A DNA stretch of 64,000 nucleotides from positions 6,464,001 through 6,528,000 of the forward strand of contig OY760175.1 of assembly GCA_963663165.1 (NCBI GenBank), written 5' to 3'. Source of the stretch: an uncultured Desulfospira sp. GTDB lineage: Bacteria; Desulfobacterota; Desulfobacteria; Desulfobacterales; Desulfobacteraceae. Within the stretch, counting starts at the first letter, position 1. Each line of letters begins with the position of its first letter. The notes below the pieces were generated by a model. It was not told the origin of the DNA and ran no database searches. It saw nothing but the letters and a program-made list of their open reading frames with translations. Both the position numbers and the translations under genes were made by a program. This document shows, piece by piece, positions 1-9,207 of this stretch.

Positions 1-1
1 C

Positions 2-550
2 CTTTGCGGCATGAGGGCCAATCCCGTGTCTTCCCTGTTCTTTGAAGACTGCCGGGTTCCCAAAGACCATTTGCTGGGAAAACCGGGGCAGGGAATTAAA
101 ATCGGCCTGACCGCACTGGATACGGGACGGATCGGCGTGGCGGCCCAGGCCCTTGGGATTGCCCAGGCCGCCTTTGAAGCCTCGGTTTCCTATGCCAAGG
201 AACGGCAGCAGTTTAACAAGCCCATTTCAAAATTCCAGACCGTCCAGAATTACCTGGCAGACATGGCGACGGCCATTGAGGGCTCAAGGCTTTTGCTTTA
301 CCGGGCCGCCGCCGTAAGGGACAACGGCAGGGGTTTTTCCGCCGAAGCGTCCATGGCCAAGCTCAGTTGCAGTGCCACGGCCAGAACCGTGACCGACCTG
401 GCCGTCCAGATCCACGGCGGATATGGCTACAGCAAGGAGTATGATGTGGAGCGGTATTTCAGGGACGCCAAGGTGACCCAGATTTACGAGGGAACCTCTG
501 AAGTCCAGAAAATGGTCATTGCCCGGCATATTTTGACCCAACCCAGTTAA
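2..550 (+). CDS. Acyl-CoA dehydrogenase (butyryl-CoA DH-like), 5' truncated by window edge
   Basis: C-terminal motifs GRIGVAAQALG, R-QF-KPI, QIHGGYGY, ERYFRDAK, IYEGTSEVQ; frame open to window start. Confidence 0.92.
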   Translation, partial: LCGMRANPVSSLFFEDCRVPKDHLLGKPGQGIKIGLTALDTGRIGVAAQALGIAQAAFEASVSYAKERQQFNKPISKFQTVQNYLADMATAIEGSRLLLYRAAAVRDNGRGFSAEASMAKLSCSATARTVTDLAVQIHGGYGYSKEYDVERYFRDAKVTQIYEGTSEVQKMVIARHILTQPS

Positions 551-576
551 CTGTTGTTAAGTTAGAGCATTAACCC

Positions 577-1440
577 ATGTTTAAAATAATCGTATGTATC
601 AAGCAGGTCCCCATGGTATCGGAACTGCCCTGGGATTCAAAAACCGGCACCCTGAAACGGGAAATGGCCCAGGGCATGATGGACCCGGCCTCGGCAAGCG
701 CCCTTGAGGCAGCCTTGCAGATCAGGGAAACCCAGCAGAATGCCAAGATTTCTGCCATTGCCATGGGGCCGCCCATGGCCCGGGAGATCCTGCACCAGGC
801 CCAGGCCCTGGGCGTGGATGAGGCATTTTTGCTCACCGACCGGAAAATGGCCGGGGCCGACACCTTTCTAACCTCTTATATATTGGCCCAATGCGTTCAA
901 CAGATCAGCCCGGATTTTGACCTGATCCTTTGCGGGGCCCAGTCCAGTGACAGTGAAACCGCCCAGGTCGGACCTCAGCTGGCCGAAACCCTGGATATCC
1001 CCTGTGTGGGATTTGCCAGGACCATTGATATGGAAGGTTCCGGTTCCGGTTCCGGTTCCGGGGCCATGGTCCGGGTCAGCCGTCATGTGGATGATTTCAT
1101 GGAAGAACTGGAAATGGACCTGCCCGGGCTGTTAACCGTGGACCACGGGGCATTTGCCCCCCGGTACCTGCCCCTTGAAGGCATACAGCAGGCCTTTGAA
1201 TCCCCGGTGATCCAGGTGCTGGATGTAAAAAAGCTTGGCATTCCGGACCAGTTCAATGCCCTGAAGGATTCTCCCACCAGGATCATTGATGTCTATTCCC
1301 CCACGGCCCAGAAAGAAAACCGTGTCCTTAAAGGCGCGGTGAAAACCAGCCTCGAAGAGCTTTTCAAGGATTACGGCAAAATCATATCCGGGGCCATGGG
1401 CAAGGATTTGAAAACCCATGAGCATGGGGAGGATGCATGA
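577..1440 (+). CDS. etfB: Electron transfer flavoprotein beta subunit
   Basis: IIVCIKQVP N-terminus, MGPP, AGADT, CGxQSSDSETAQVGP motifs; precedes EtfA. Confidence 0.93.
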   Translation: MFKIIVCIKQVPMVSELPWDSKTGTLKREMAQGMMDPASASALEAALQIRETQQNAKISAIAMGPPMAREILHQAQALGVDEAFLLTDRKMAGADTFLTSYILAQCVQQISPDFDLILCGAQSSDSETAQVGPQLAETLDIPCVGFARTIDMEGSGSGSGSGAMVRVSRHVDDFMEELEMDLPGLLTVDHGAFAPRYLPLEGIQQAFESPVIQVLDVKKLGIPDQFNALKDSPTRIIDVYSPTAQKENRVLKGAVKTSLEELFKDYGKIISGAMGKDLKTHEHGEDA

Positions 1441-2435
1441 AAACACAAAACGAAATATGGGTCCTGGGCGATTACCGCAACTATTTTCAAAGCCGGGTGA
1501 CCCTTCAGATTCTTGCCCGGGGGTGCGCGTTGGCCAGAAAGACCGGGTCCCGGGTCTGTGCCCTGTTGTTCGGCCATGATCTGGACGAGTATGCGGGCGA
1601 ATACATTGCCCACGGGGCAGACCGGGTCTATGTCATGGACCATGCCGCCTTAAAAGAGTATTCCGTTGAAACCTACGCTTATTTAACGGCCCGCCTGGTC
1701 AAAGAACGGCAGCCTGAAATCCTGCTGGTCGGTGCCACACGGTTTGGGCAGGAACTGGCCCCCCGGGTGGCCAAAATCCTTGGCACCGGCCTGACCGCCG
1801 ACTGCATTGATCTGGAGATCGATCAAAAGGGCCGGTTGGTCCAGACGGCCCCGTCCTTTGGGGGCAACCTGGTGGCCCGGATCATCACCCCTGAAAAACG
1901 GCCCCAGATGGCAACGGTCCGCCCGGGAACCTTTCAGGAACTGCCCCATGATTATGATGCCCGGGGCGAGGTGGTTTTACTCCCTTTGCCGGACCAGCTG
2001 CCAACGCCGCGGATAAGGTGTATAAGGTCTGAATACCAGCCTTCCCGGAATAAAAAACTGGAAGAGGCCGACGTCGTGATCACCGGGGGCCGGGGCATGG
2101 GGTCAAAACGCAAGTTTCGGCGGCTGTTTGAGCTGGCCGAACTCATGCATGCCGAAGTCGGGGCCACCCGGCCGGCGGTTTATGCCGACTGGATTTCCCA
2201 TGAGGCCTTAGTGGGCCAGGCCGGAAAAAATGTCAGGCCCAGGGTGTTGATTTCCTTTGGGGTGAGCGGGGCCATTCAGCACACCGCCGCCCTGGTCGAC
2301 GCGGATTTTATCGTGGCGGTCAACAAAAACCCCAACGCCACCATGATGAAAATGGCGGATGTGGCCATCGTGGCCGATGCATCCCAGGTCTGCGCCGGAA
2401 TGATACGGATGCTCAAGGAAAAGGTCAGGGATTGA
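1437..2435 (+). CDS. etfA: Electron transfer flavoprotein alpha subunit
   Basis: GLTADC, RPQMATVRPG, GGRGMG, VGATRPAV, GVSGAIQH, VAVNKNPNA; ATGA overlap with etfB. Confidence 0.93.
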   Translation: MKTQNEIWVLGDYRNYFQSRVTLQILARGCALARKTGSRVCALLFGHDLDEYAGEYIAHGADRVYVMDHAALKEYSVETYAYLTARLVKERQPEILLVGATRFGQELAPRVAKILGTGLTADCIDLEIDQKGRLVQTAPSFGGNLVARIITPEKRPQMATVRPGTFQELPHDYDARGEVVLLPLPDQLPTPRIRCIRSEYQPSRNKKLEEADVVITGGRGMGSKRKFRRLFELAELMHAEVGATRPAVYADWISHEALVGQAGKNVRPRVLISFGVSGAIQHTAALVDADFIVAVNKNPNATMMKMADVAIVADASQVCAGMIRMLKEKVRD

Positions 2436-2579
2436 AATTCCTTGACTTGTGGGCCCCCTAAATTTATATAAGACCAGTATAAATCAAGTTTAAGTTTCGA
2501 TCCGGGCGGGTGGCTTTCCGCCATGCCGTCCAGTTCAAAAGCAGTTTTTAACCGGACAGAATTAAAAGGTGTACCCCCC

Positions 2580-3023
2580 ATGACTGAACTGACTCAAATT
2601 ATTTTTGGTTATCTTACAAAAATCGGTTTTAACCAGCCCCTTTATCCCATTTTCGGCCAGCTGACCATGGGCATGGTGATCGCGGCCTTTCTTTTCAGGT
2701 ATATGTCCTTTTTGCCCAAATCCAAAGTGCTTGCAAGGACCGCCTACCACTGCGTTATTCTGGGGTTTTTAAGCTGTATTCCGGCTGCGTTTGCCGGTGT
2801 CCTGGACTGGCAGCACCGGTTTGAAGGGATATGGGACGGGTGGGTGATTTTGCACATGGTCCTTGGCGTCCTTATGGCGCTTTTCCTACTCTTTATCGCC
2901 ATTAAAGACGACCCTGAAAATGTCAAATTTGACAAGATCACGGCGTTTTACCTGCTTAACTTTATCCTGGCCTGCGGGGTAGGGTTCTCAGCAGGAGAAA
3001 TTTTCTTTCGCGCAACCGCCTAA
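2580..3023 (+). CDS. Small 4-TM membrane protein (DUF2231-like)
   Basis: Four hydrophobic segments, G-LDWQHRF motif; TTGACT-N17-TATATA promoter at 2442-2470; ATG 2580 preferred over 2523. Confidence 0.6.
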   Translation: MTELTQIIFGYLTKIGFNQPLYPIFGQLTMGMVIAAFLFRYMSFLPKSKVLARTAYHCVILGFLSCIPAAFAGVLDWQHRFEGIWDGWVILHMVLGVLMALFLLFIAIKDDPENVKFDKITAFYLLNFILACGVGFSAGEIFFRATA

Positions 3024-4078
3024 CGGTTTTCCTTTTCTGCCTGAATAAGGGCACAGACCCCCTGATAAAGGGTTTTCATGATCTGTGTTTCACTAGCTCC
3101 CAAGCGGTGTTTGTTGCTGATATCAAACACCGCTTCTTTAACTTTTGTTTTTTCCCCAAAGGTTCCCCTGATCTGAAGTCCGTGCCGGCCGGCTATGTCT
3201 TTTAAAATTCCCTCTTTTTTTTCCAGATGTTTCAACCGGATGTGAACCCCGGCCCGCATGGCGGTCCCGATGTTGGACGGGCAGGCGGTCAGGTACCCCA
3301 AGGTCTCATCCTTTGCAAACTCAAGGGATTCCGAAAGGCCAGCAAGGGCTTTGACCAGCCGCTGGAACACCCGGGACAGGTTTGAAGAATTTTCCATGGA
3401 AATAATTCTTAAGTGGTCTTCTTCATTGGCCCAGATTAAAAACCGGGATTGCCGTTGAGTGGTTTCATCTGTCACCTGGCTGAAAAACACCCCCCTGTCT
3501 TTGGGAAAGTCCCGGTTGATGCCGGCACTTTCCATAAACCGGTCGCCTTTGGGGAAAGCGATTTTCTGGTCAACCAGCCGGCTTCTTTCATTTTCTGTTA
3601 ACTGATCCAGATAGAAAAATTCTCCTTTTAACCCTTGGGGGAGTTTGGCTGTGGCCATTACAATTTTTTCAAGGACCCGGCTTCGCTGGGCTGCGCTGAT
3701 ATGGGGCGGAAAGGGGAATTCCTCCAGATTCCGGGCCACCCGGATCCGGGTGGACAGGATAAATTCTTTTTCAGGGTCCGGGTCCGGCAGGTCCAGGCAG
3801 GGGCTGTCCGGTTTGTCAAAGTCGCTGATGTGGTTGGCTTCATGGTTATGATAAGCCAGTATCACCGGGGAAAACAGGTCTGAGAACAGGGCATAGCTTT
3901 CTTCATCCCCGGCATAAATGCCGATGCCGGAATCCGGGTTTTCCATACCGGACCGGAGGGCCTGTTCCAGGGTGAAACCTGAAGCTGTAATTTTTGTTGT
4001 CAGTTGATCAAACATCTGACGGGTCAGAAACCGGCCGGCAAGGCTGTCTGAATTCTCTAAGAAGAGATCAGGTTTCAT
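3020..4078 (-). CDS. Phosphagen kinase (ATP:guanidino phosphotransferase, arginine-kinase type) with N-terminal helical domain
   Basis: SG-ENPDSGIGIYAGDEESY N-domain, STRIRVARNL, NEEDHLRIIS, LTACPSNIGTAMRAGVHI, RGTFGE, FDISNKHRLG. Confidence 0.9.
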   Translation of the reverse strand: MKPDLFLENSDSLAGRFLTRQMFDQLTTKITASGFTLEQALRSGMENPDSGIGIYAGDEESYALFSDLFSPVILAYHNHEANHISDFDKPDSPCLDLPDPDPEKEFILSTRIRVARNLEEFPFPPHISAAQRSRVLEKIVMATAKLPQGLKGEFFYLDQLTENERSRLVDQKIAFPKGDRFMESAGINRDFPKDRGVFFSQVTDETTQRQSRFLIWANEEDHLRIISMENSSNLSRVFQRLVKALAGLSESLEFAKDETLGYLTACPSNIGTAMRAGVHIRLKHLEKKEGILKDIAGRHGLQIRGTFGEKTKVKEAVFDISNKHRLGASETQIMKTLYQGVCALIQAEKENR

Positions 4079-4253
4079 ATGAGGAGGACTGGGATGAGAT
4101 CCCCCGGGCAAGGATGGTCTGAAGCTTGTCTAAAACCGGGCATTCCGAATGGCAATGGGGCTGGTGCTCCCTGTCTTCGCAGGCCACACAGGGGCTTTGG
4201 GTTAAATAACCAATCTCAAAGTCAAACACATCTCTTTTTATCGGGCTTTCCAT
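4068..4253 (-). CDS. Small Cys-rich hypothetical protein (61 aa)
   Basis: CxxC...CxxxC pattern; overlaps start of phosphagen kinase. Confidence 0.55.
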   Translation of the reverse strand: MESPIKRDVFDFEIGYLTQSPCVACEDREHQPHCHSECPVLDKLQTILARGISSQSSSYET

Positions 4254-4292
4254 AACGGGCTTCCATACATCAAAATAAAAGGGAATATATCA

Positions 4293-4515
4293 GAACAGGA
4301 GGCAAGAGACAAGAGACAAGAGATAAGAAACAGGAGGCAGGAGACAAGGAGGCCGGAAACAGGAAACATGAAACGGGAGACCGGAAATGAAAAACAGGAG
4401 GTAAGTGACAAGAACCCATTAGACAGAAGGTTTAAACCTAACCGTTCGGATTAGATTTGGGTATTGCAAGCCTTGTTTCTTGTCTCCAGTATCTAGTTTC
4501 TTGGTTAGTTTCTTG
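4293..4515. repeat. Degenerate heptamer array (AAGAGAC/GGAAACA type) with complementary arm
   Basis: aagagacaagagacaagagataagaaacaggaggcaggagac... at 4293-4400 and ttgtttcttgtctccagtatctagtttcttg near 4473-4503. Confidence 0.75.
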
Positions 4516-4629
4516 TTGTAAGATTCAAAGGCAAATGATATGGACATAGGACAAAACCGTTCCCTGCCACTGGGACCATCATCATCATGTTATGAATTAA
4601 TTACCAAAGGAAATGGAGAAACATCGCCT

Positions 4630-5256
4630 GTGGTTGAGTCAAGATTTGCCGTACTAAAAGAAAAAGAAAAACAGGCCAGAAAACAAATTGTTATTGAATC
4701 CTCGCTGTCCCTTTTTGCCAGAAAGCCCTTTTACGAAGTGGGCATGAGGGATGTGGCTGAAGAAGCCGGGATATCACCAGCCACCATATACCGCTACTTT
4801 CCAAGCCAGGAAGACCTGTTTAATGAGGCCTTTCTTCAGGAAATCCTGGCCGTGAGCAAAGAATTTGAAGCCATGGTTCAACGGGAAAAACCGGCCAGTA
4901 TCGAACAGTTTGGGTTAAAGCTGGTGGATCACCTCATTGAAAACGAGTCCAGTTTTCAGATGATGGCCTATCTGATGCTTAAATATAACCTGAATCATCC
5001 GGTAAAGGGAAAATTTGATTCGGTAACCAAAATACTGTTTGATTTATTTGCCACCCTGTTGACACGCCACGGCATGGCCGAAGATAAAGCAAGGGTTTAT
5101 TCCCATTCCTTTATCTCATCCCTTGCCGGCATCCTGATGACCTTTCGCAACTACCCGTTCAAGGATAAGGAATCTGTCCGGAGCCACATCGCTAAAATGG
5201 TGAAGCTGACCGCAGCCATCTATTCCGAACACTTAGGGATCACTGAGGTTGATTAG
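4630..5256 (+). CDS. TetR/AcrR family transcriptional regulator
   Basis: HTH motif GMRDVAEEAGISPATIYRYFPSQEDL; GTG start at 4630 behind GGAG chosen. Confidence 0.9.
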   Translation: MVESRFAVLKEKEKQARKQIVIESSLSLFARKPFYEVGMRDVAEEAGISPATIYRYFPSQEDLFNEAFLQEILAVSKEFEAMVQREKPASIEQFGLKLVDHLIENESSFQMMAYLMLKYNLNHPVKGKFDSVTKILFDLFATLLTRHGMAEDKARVYSHSFISSLAGILMTFRNYPFKDKESVRSHIAKMVKLTAAIYSEHLGITEVD

Positions 5257-5360
5257 ACTGAAGGGATTCAGGCTGAAGGCTATGAGGAAGTTAACCGACG
5301 CCTTCCTTCAGCCTTCAGCCTAACTCCCTTCAGCCTTCAGCCTAACTCCCTTCAGCCTTT
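5255..5360. repeat. CCTTCAG/CTGAAGG heptamer inverted array with direct duplication
   Basis: gactgaagg..ggctgaagg followed by ccttcagccttcagcctaactc repeated twice. Confidence 0.75.
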
Positions 5361-5491
5361 TTTCTCAACGTTACCACATTGTAATCTTAAAGCCCGTTTC
5401 TTGTCCTTGACACGGGTTTCTTATCTTTTATATTTAGAGAAATTTTTGCGGAAGATTCCACATTATCCACAAGTTTTAAAGGCAAATCACC

Positions 5492-6526
5492 ATGGAAGAT
5501 ATGACATCAGAACAAACCAAGTCAGTTGTTGTCCGGGATGATCCGGCCCCGACACCGGATATCAAGGACCGGATAGAACAAAGCCATCTTCAGATCAGCC
5601 GGATAAGAAGCGAAATCGCAAAACGGCTGGTGGGCCAGGAAAAACTGGTGGACAGCCTCTTAACCGGGCTTCTGACTGGCGGGCATGTCCTTATTGAAGG
5701 GGTGCCGGGCCTGGCCAAAACCAGCGCGGTCAAGGCCCTGGCCTCGGCGGTTGAGGCTCAGTTCAAGCGGATTCAGTTTACCCCGGACCTGCTGCCGGCG
5801 GACCTGACCGGAACTGAAATTTACCGGCCTAAAACCGGTGATTTTGTTACCCGGAAAGGCCCCTTGTTCAACCACATCATCCTGGCCGATGAGATCAACC
5901 GGGCCCCGTCCAAGGTCCAGTCGGCCCTGCTCGAAGCCATGGAAGAAAAGCAGGTCACCATTGGGGACGAGACTTATGCTTTGCCCACGCCGTTTCTGGT
6001 CCTGGCCACCCAGAACCCCATTGAGCAGGAAGGGACATATCCGTTGCCCGAAGCCCAGGTGGACCGGTTTATGTTAAAGGTCATGGTCACCTATCCGGAC
6101 CGGGCCCAGGAACTTGAAATCCTCAAAAAGAACTCCTTTGAAAAGCCGGCCCCCATAGCGCCGGTCATTGACTGTGAGCAGCTTTCGGCCATGGCCGGGC
6201 TGGTGGATGAGATCTATGTGGATGAAAAGCTCAAAGAGTATATTGTGGACCTGATTTTTGCCACCAGAAAGCCTGAAGAATACGGCATGGATACGGCAAG
6301 GTACATTGAATTCGGGGCATCGCCCAGGGCCAGTATCTTCCTGGCCAAGGCCGCCCGGGTGAATGCCTTTTTATCGGGCAGGGCCTATATTACCCCCCAG
6401 GATATCAAAATCGTGGGGCCGGACGTGCTGCGCCACCGGATTCTGCTCTCTTTTGAGGCGGAAGCCGAAGATGTCAGCTGTGAGGACATTATTGCCCAGC
6501 TGTTTGACAGTGTCCAAGTACCTTAA
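5492..6526 (+). CDS. moxR: MoxR family AAA+ ATPase
   Basis: HVLIEGVPGLAKT, RIQFTPDLLPADLTG, LADEINRA, ATQNPIEQEGTYPLPEAQVDRF, GASPRAS. Confidence 0.95.
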   Translation: MEDMTSEQTKSVVVRDDPAPTPDIKDRIEQSHLQISRIRSEIAKRLVGQEKLVDSLLTGLLTGGHVLIEGVPGLAKTSAVKALASAVEAQFKRIQFTPDLLPADLTGTEIYRPKTGDFVTRKGPLFNHIILADEINRAPSKVQSALLEAMEEKQVTIGDETYALPTPFLVLATQNPIEQEGTYPLPEAQVDRFMLKVMVTYPDRAQELEILKKNSFEKPAPIAPVIDCEQLSAMAGLVDEIYVDEKLKEYIVDLIFATRKPEEYGMDTARYIEFGASPRASIFLAKAARVNAFLSGRAYITPQDIKIVGPDVLRHRILLSFEAEAEDVSCEDIIAQLFDSVQVP

Positions 6527-6538
6527 CAGGATTCTCCC

Positions 6539-7417
6539 ATGATTCCGGCCCACGTGATTAAAAAAATCAAGCGGATTCATATCAAATCCAAGCGGACCGT
6601 CAGCACCATCATGGCCGGGCAGTACCGGTCCGTGTTCCGGGGCTCGGGCATTGAGTTTGAGGAAGTCCGCGAATACAGCCCCGGGGATGATGTCAAAGCC
6701 ATTGACTGGAAGGTATCGGCACGGCTTGGCAAACCCTTTGTCAAGCTGTACCGGGAAGAGCGCGAATCCATTGTCATGCTGCTCATTGACATGAGCGCCT
6801 CCCTGGAGTTCGGCACCTTTTCGGGCCAGAAACTGGAAAAGGCCGCTGAAACTGCCTCTGTTCTTGCCTTTAACGCCATTAAAAACAACGACAAGGTCGG
6901 GGTGATTTTTTTTACGGACCGGGTGGAAAAGTATATTCCCCCCAAAAAGGGTTCAAGCCATATCTGGCGGGTAATCCAGGAGATTTTTACCTTTACCCCT
7001 GAGGGGAAGGGGACCCATGTGGCCTGTGCCGTGGATTACCTGACAAGGATCATGAAAAAGCGGACCTTTGCCTTTATCCTTTCGGATTTTCTAAGCCCGG
7101 ATTATGAAAATTCTTTGAAAACCGCCAGGCGCAAACATGAAATCATCGGGATCAGGATCACGGATCCGGGCAGCTTTGAACTGCCCGAAAAAGGAATTAT
7201 CCGGCTGTGCGACCTGGAAACCGGAAAGGCCCTGATGGTGGATGCGGGGAACAAAAAGACCCGGCAGGAATTTTCAAGTCTTCGGCATGCCTTCCAGGAG
7301 CAGGCGGTAAAGGCCTTTTCCCGGGCCAAAAGTGATTTGATTGAAATGAAAACCAGCGATTCCGTATCCGACAGCCTGACCCTGTATTTCAGGCAGCGGG
7401 AAAGAAGGCTCCGGTAA
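6539..7417 (+). CDS. DUF58 domain protein (MoxR-associated)
   Basis: G-YRSVFRGSGIEFEEVREY-PGDDV-IDWKVSAR, DMSAS, SDFL. Confidence 0.92.
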   Translation: MIPAHVIKKIKRIHIKSKRTVSTIMAGQYRSVFRGSGIEFEEVREYSPGDDVKAIDWKVSARLGKPFVKLYREERESIVMLLIDMSASLEFGTFSGQKLEKAAETASVLAFNAIKNNDKVGVIFFTDRVEKYIPPKKGSSHIWRVIQEIFTFTPEGKGTHVACAVDYLTRIMKKRTFAFILSDFLSPDYENSLKTARRKHEIIGIRITDPGSFELPEKGIIRLCDLETGKALMVDAGNKKTRQEFSSLRHAFQEQAVKAFSRAKSDLIEMKTSDSVSDSLTLYFRQRERRLR

Positions 7418-8031
7418 TGGCGGACGTGATGCAGGATATCCATGAAATAAGGCCGCCCGTGGCCGTGGGGATGGACCCGGCCCTGGTCAAAACGGCACTC
7501 ATTGCCCTGGGCTGCCTGGTCCTTGCCGGAATCCTCATTTATCTGTTCAAACGGTTCTGGAAGCCGTCAAAGAAAAAACAGGCCCATGACGCGGTTACAA
7601 CGGCTATTCCGCCTTATGAGGCGGCCCTTAAGGGGCTTGACCGGCTCGGGTTCAAGACCAATGCGGATCCCAAGGTGTTTTACTTTGAACTTAACGCCCT
7701 GATGAAGGCCTATATCGGCGGAATACATGAATTTAACGCCGCGGAGATGACCACCCAGGAACTTTCAAAGCGCCTGCGAAGTACCAAAATGGACCCGAGG
7801 GTGGCCTCAAAGGTCGGCAAGTTCCAGGACCATTGCGATCCGTTCCGGTATGCACCGGTCCGGCCGGAGCCGGAAAGGGCGGGCCAGGACCTAAAAAAGG
7901 CCAGGCAGTTGATTGATGCCATGGAAGCAGATGTCAACCAAATCCGGGAGGCTGAGGCGGCCCTGGAAAAAGACCTGGAAAAAGAATCGGCCACAACGTC
8001 CCGGAACCGCACCCCGAAAGGAGGGCAATAA
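7417..8031 (+). CDS. DUF4381-like single-TM protein of bat operon
   Basis: DIHEIRPP, one TM helix, EMTTQE motif; position between DUF58 and batA. Confidence 0.75.
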   Translation: MADVMQDIHEIRPPVAVGMDPALVKTALIALGCLVLAGILIYLFKRFWKPSKKKQAHDAVTTAIPPYEAALKGLDRLGFKTNADPKVFYFELNALMKAYIGGIHEFNAAEMTTQELSKRLRSTKMDPRVASKVGKFQDHCDPFRYAPVRPEPERAGQDLKKARQLIDAMEADVNQIREAEAALEKDLEKESATTSRNRTPKGGQ

Positions 8032-8033
8032 CC

Positions 8034-9029
8034 ATGTTCAGGTTTGCCTCTCCATGGTTTCTGATATTAATTTTGCCGGTGCTGGGAATTCTGGTTTACC
8101 GCAAATTTACCGCCCAAAAGGCCGTGGTCCGGACCGCCGGGCTGTACGGGCTTTCACATCTTTCTCCCGGGATCGGGGTGCGGCTTTCCACCTTGATGCC
8201 CTTTCTTAAGGCGGCGGCCCTTTGCCTGATGATCCTGGCCCTGGCAAGGCCCCAGGCCGGAGAACAAAAAAGCAATGTCATGACCGAAGGGGTGAACGTG
8301 ATCCTGGCTTTGGATTTATCCGAGTCCATGAATGCCCTGGATTTTAAACTCAAGGGCAACATCGTGAACCGGCTTGAAGCGGTTAAATCCGTGGTTTCCG
8401 ACTTTATCATGAAGCGGGACGGTGACCGGATCGGCCTGGTGGTCTTTGGCTCCAACGCCTTTACCCAGCTTCCCTTAACCCGGGACTACAACACCATCTC
8501 CTTTATGCTGGACCGGCTTGAAATCGGGGCGGCAGGCCCCAAAACCGCCATTGGGGATGCCCTGGGGATTGCCTTAAAACGGATTGCCGATATCCCGTCC
8601 AAGTCCAACATTATTATTCTGCTCACGGACGGGGAATCCAATGCCGGCGAACTGTCCTGGCAGGACGCCGCTGATATTGCCGCACAAAAAAAGGTCAAGG
8701 TGTACACCATCGGGGTGGGGTCTGAAGGGGAGGCTCCCTTTCTGGTGGACGGGCTGTTTGGCAAACGGTATGTTTACCACAAGGTGAATGTGGACTTAGA
8801 GGCTTTAAAAGAAATTGCCCAAAAAACCGGGGCCAGTTTTTTCAAGGCCGAAGACACCCAATCATTGGAAAACATTTACACCATGATCGACTCCCTTGAA
8901 AAAACAAAGGTTGAAGTGGAAAAATGGGTGGAATACAAAGAATTATACCCAGGGGTTCTGCTGGCCGGGCTGCTGCTGTTCCTGGCCCATATGGGGCTTA
9001 GCCGGACCTGGTTGATGAGAATACCTTGA
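8034..9029 (+). CDS. batA: BatA, vWA domain membrane protein
   Basis: F-FASPWFL, LALARPQ, MIDAS DLSESM, DRIGLVVF, PLTRDY, TAIGDA, LLTDG. Confidence 0.9.
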   Translation: MFRFASPWFLILILPVLGILVYRKFTAQKAVVRTAGLYGLSHLSPGIGVRLSTLMPFLKAAALCLMILALARPQAGEQKSNVMTEGVNVILALDLSESMNALDFKLKGNIVNRLEAVKSVVSDFIMKRDGDRIGLVVFGSNAFTQLPLTRDYNTISFMLDRLEIGAAGPKTAIGDALGIALKRIADIPSKSNIIILLTDGESNAGELSWQDAADIAAQKKVKVYTIGVGSEGEAPFLVDGLFGKRYVYHKVNVDLEALKEIAQKTGASFFKAEDTQSLENIYTMIDSLEKTKVEVEKWVEYKELYPGVLLAGLLLFLAHMGLSRTWLMRIP

Positions 9030-9036
9030 TGGGTAT

Positions 9037-9201
9037 AAGCTATTAGCCATTAGCCGTTAGCTATTAGCCAATGAAAAAGTGCTGACAGCTAAAGGCTAAA
9101 AGCTAAAAGACAAAAATCATTTGATGGTGCTTGGATCACACGTGAGTTTGGATGAAAAGTTGCTAACGGCTAACAGCTAAAAGCTAACAGCTAACAGCTA
9201 A
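9037..9201. repeat. GCTAACA/TGTTAGC heptamer inverted array
   Basis: gctattagccattagccgttagctattagcc versus gctaacggctaacagctaaaagctaacagctaacagcta. Confidence 0.8.
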
Positions 9202-9207
9202 ATAATT

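Noticed and set aside
3020..4078. McsB protein-arginine kinase call
   Set aside because: It has the phosphagen-kinase N-domain and lacks ctsR/mcsA/clpC context.
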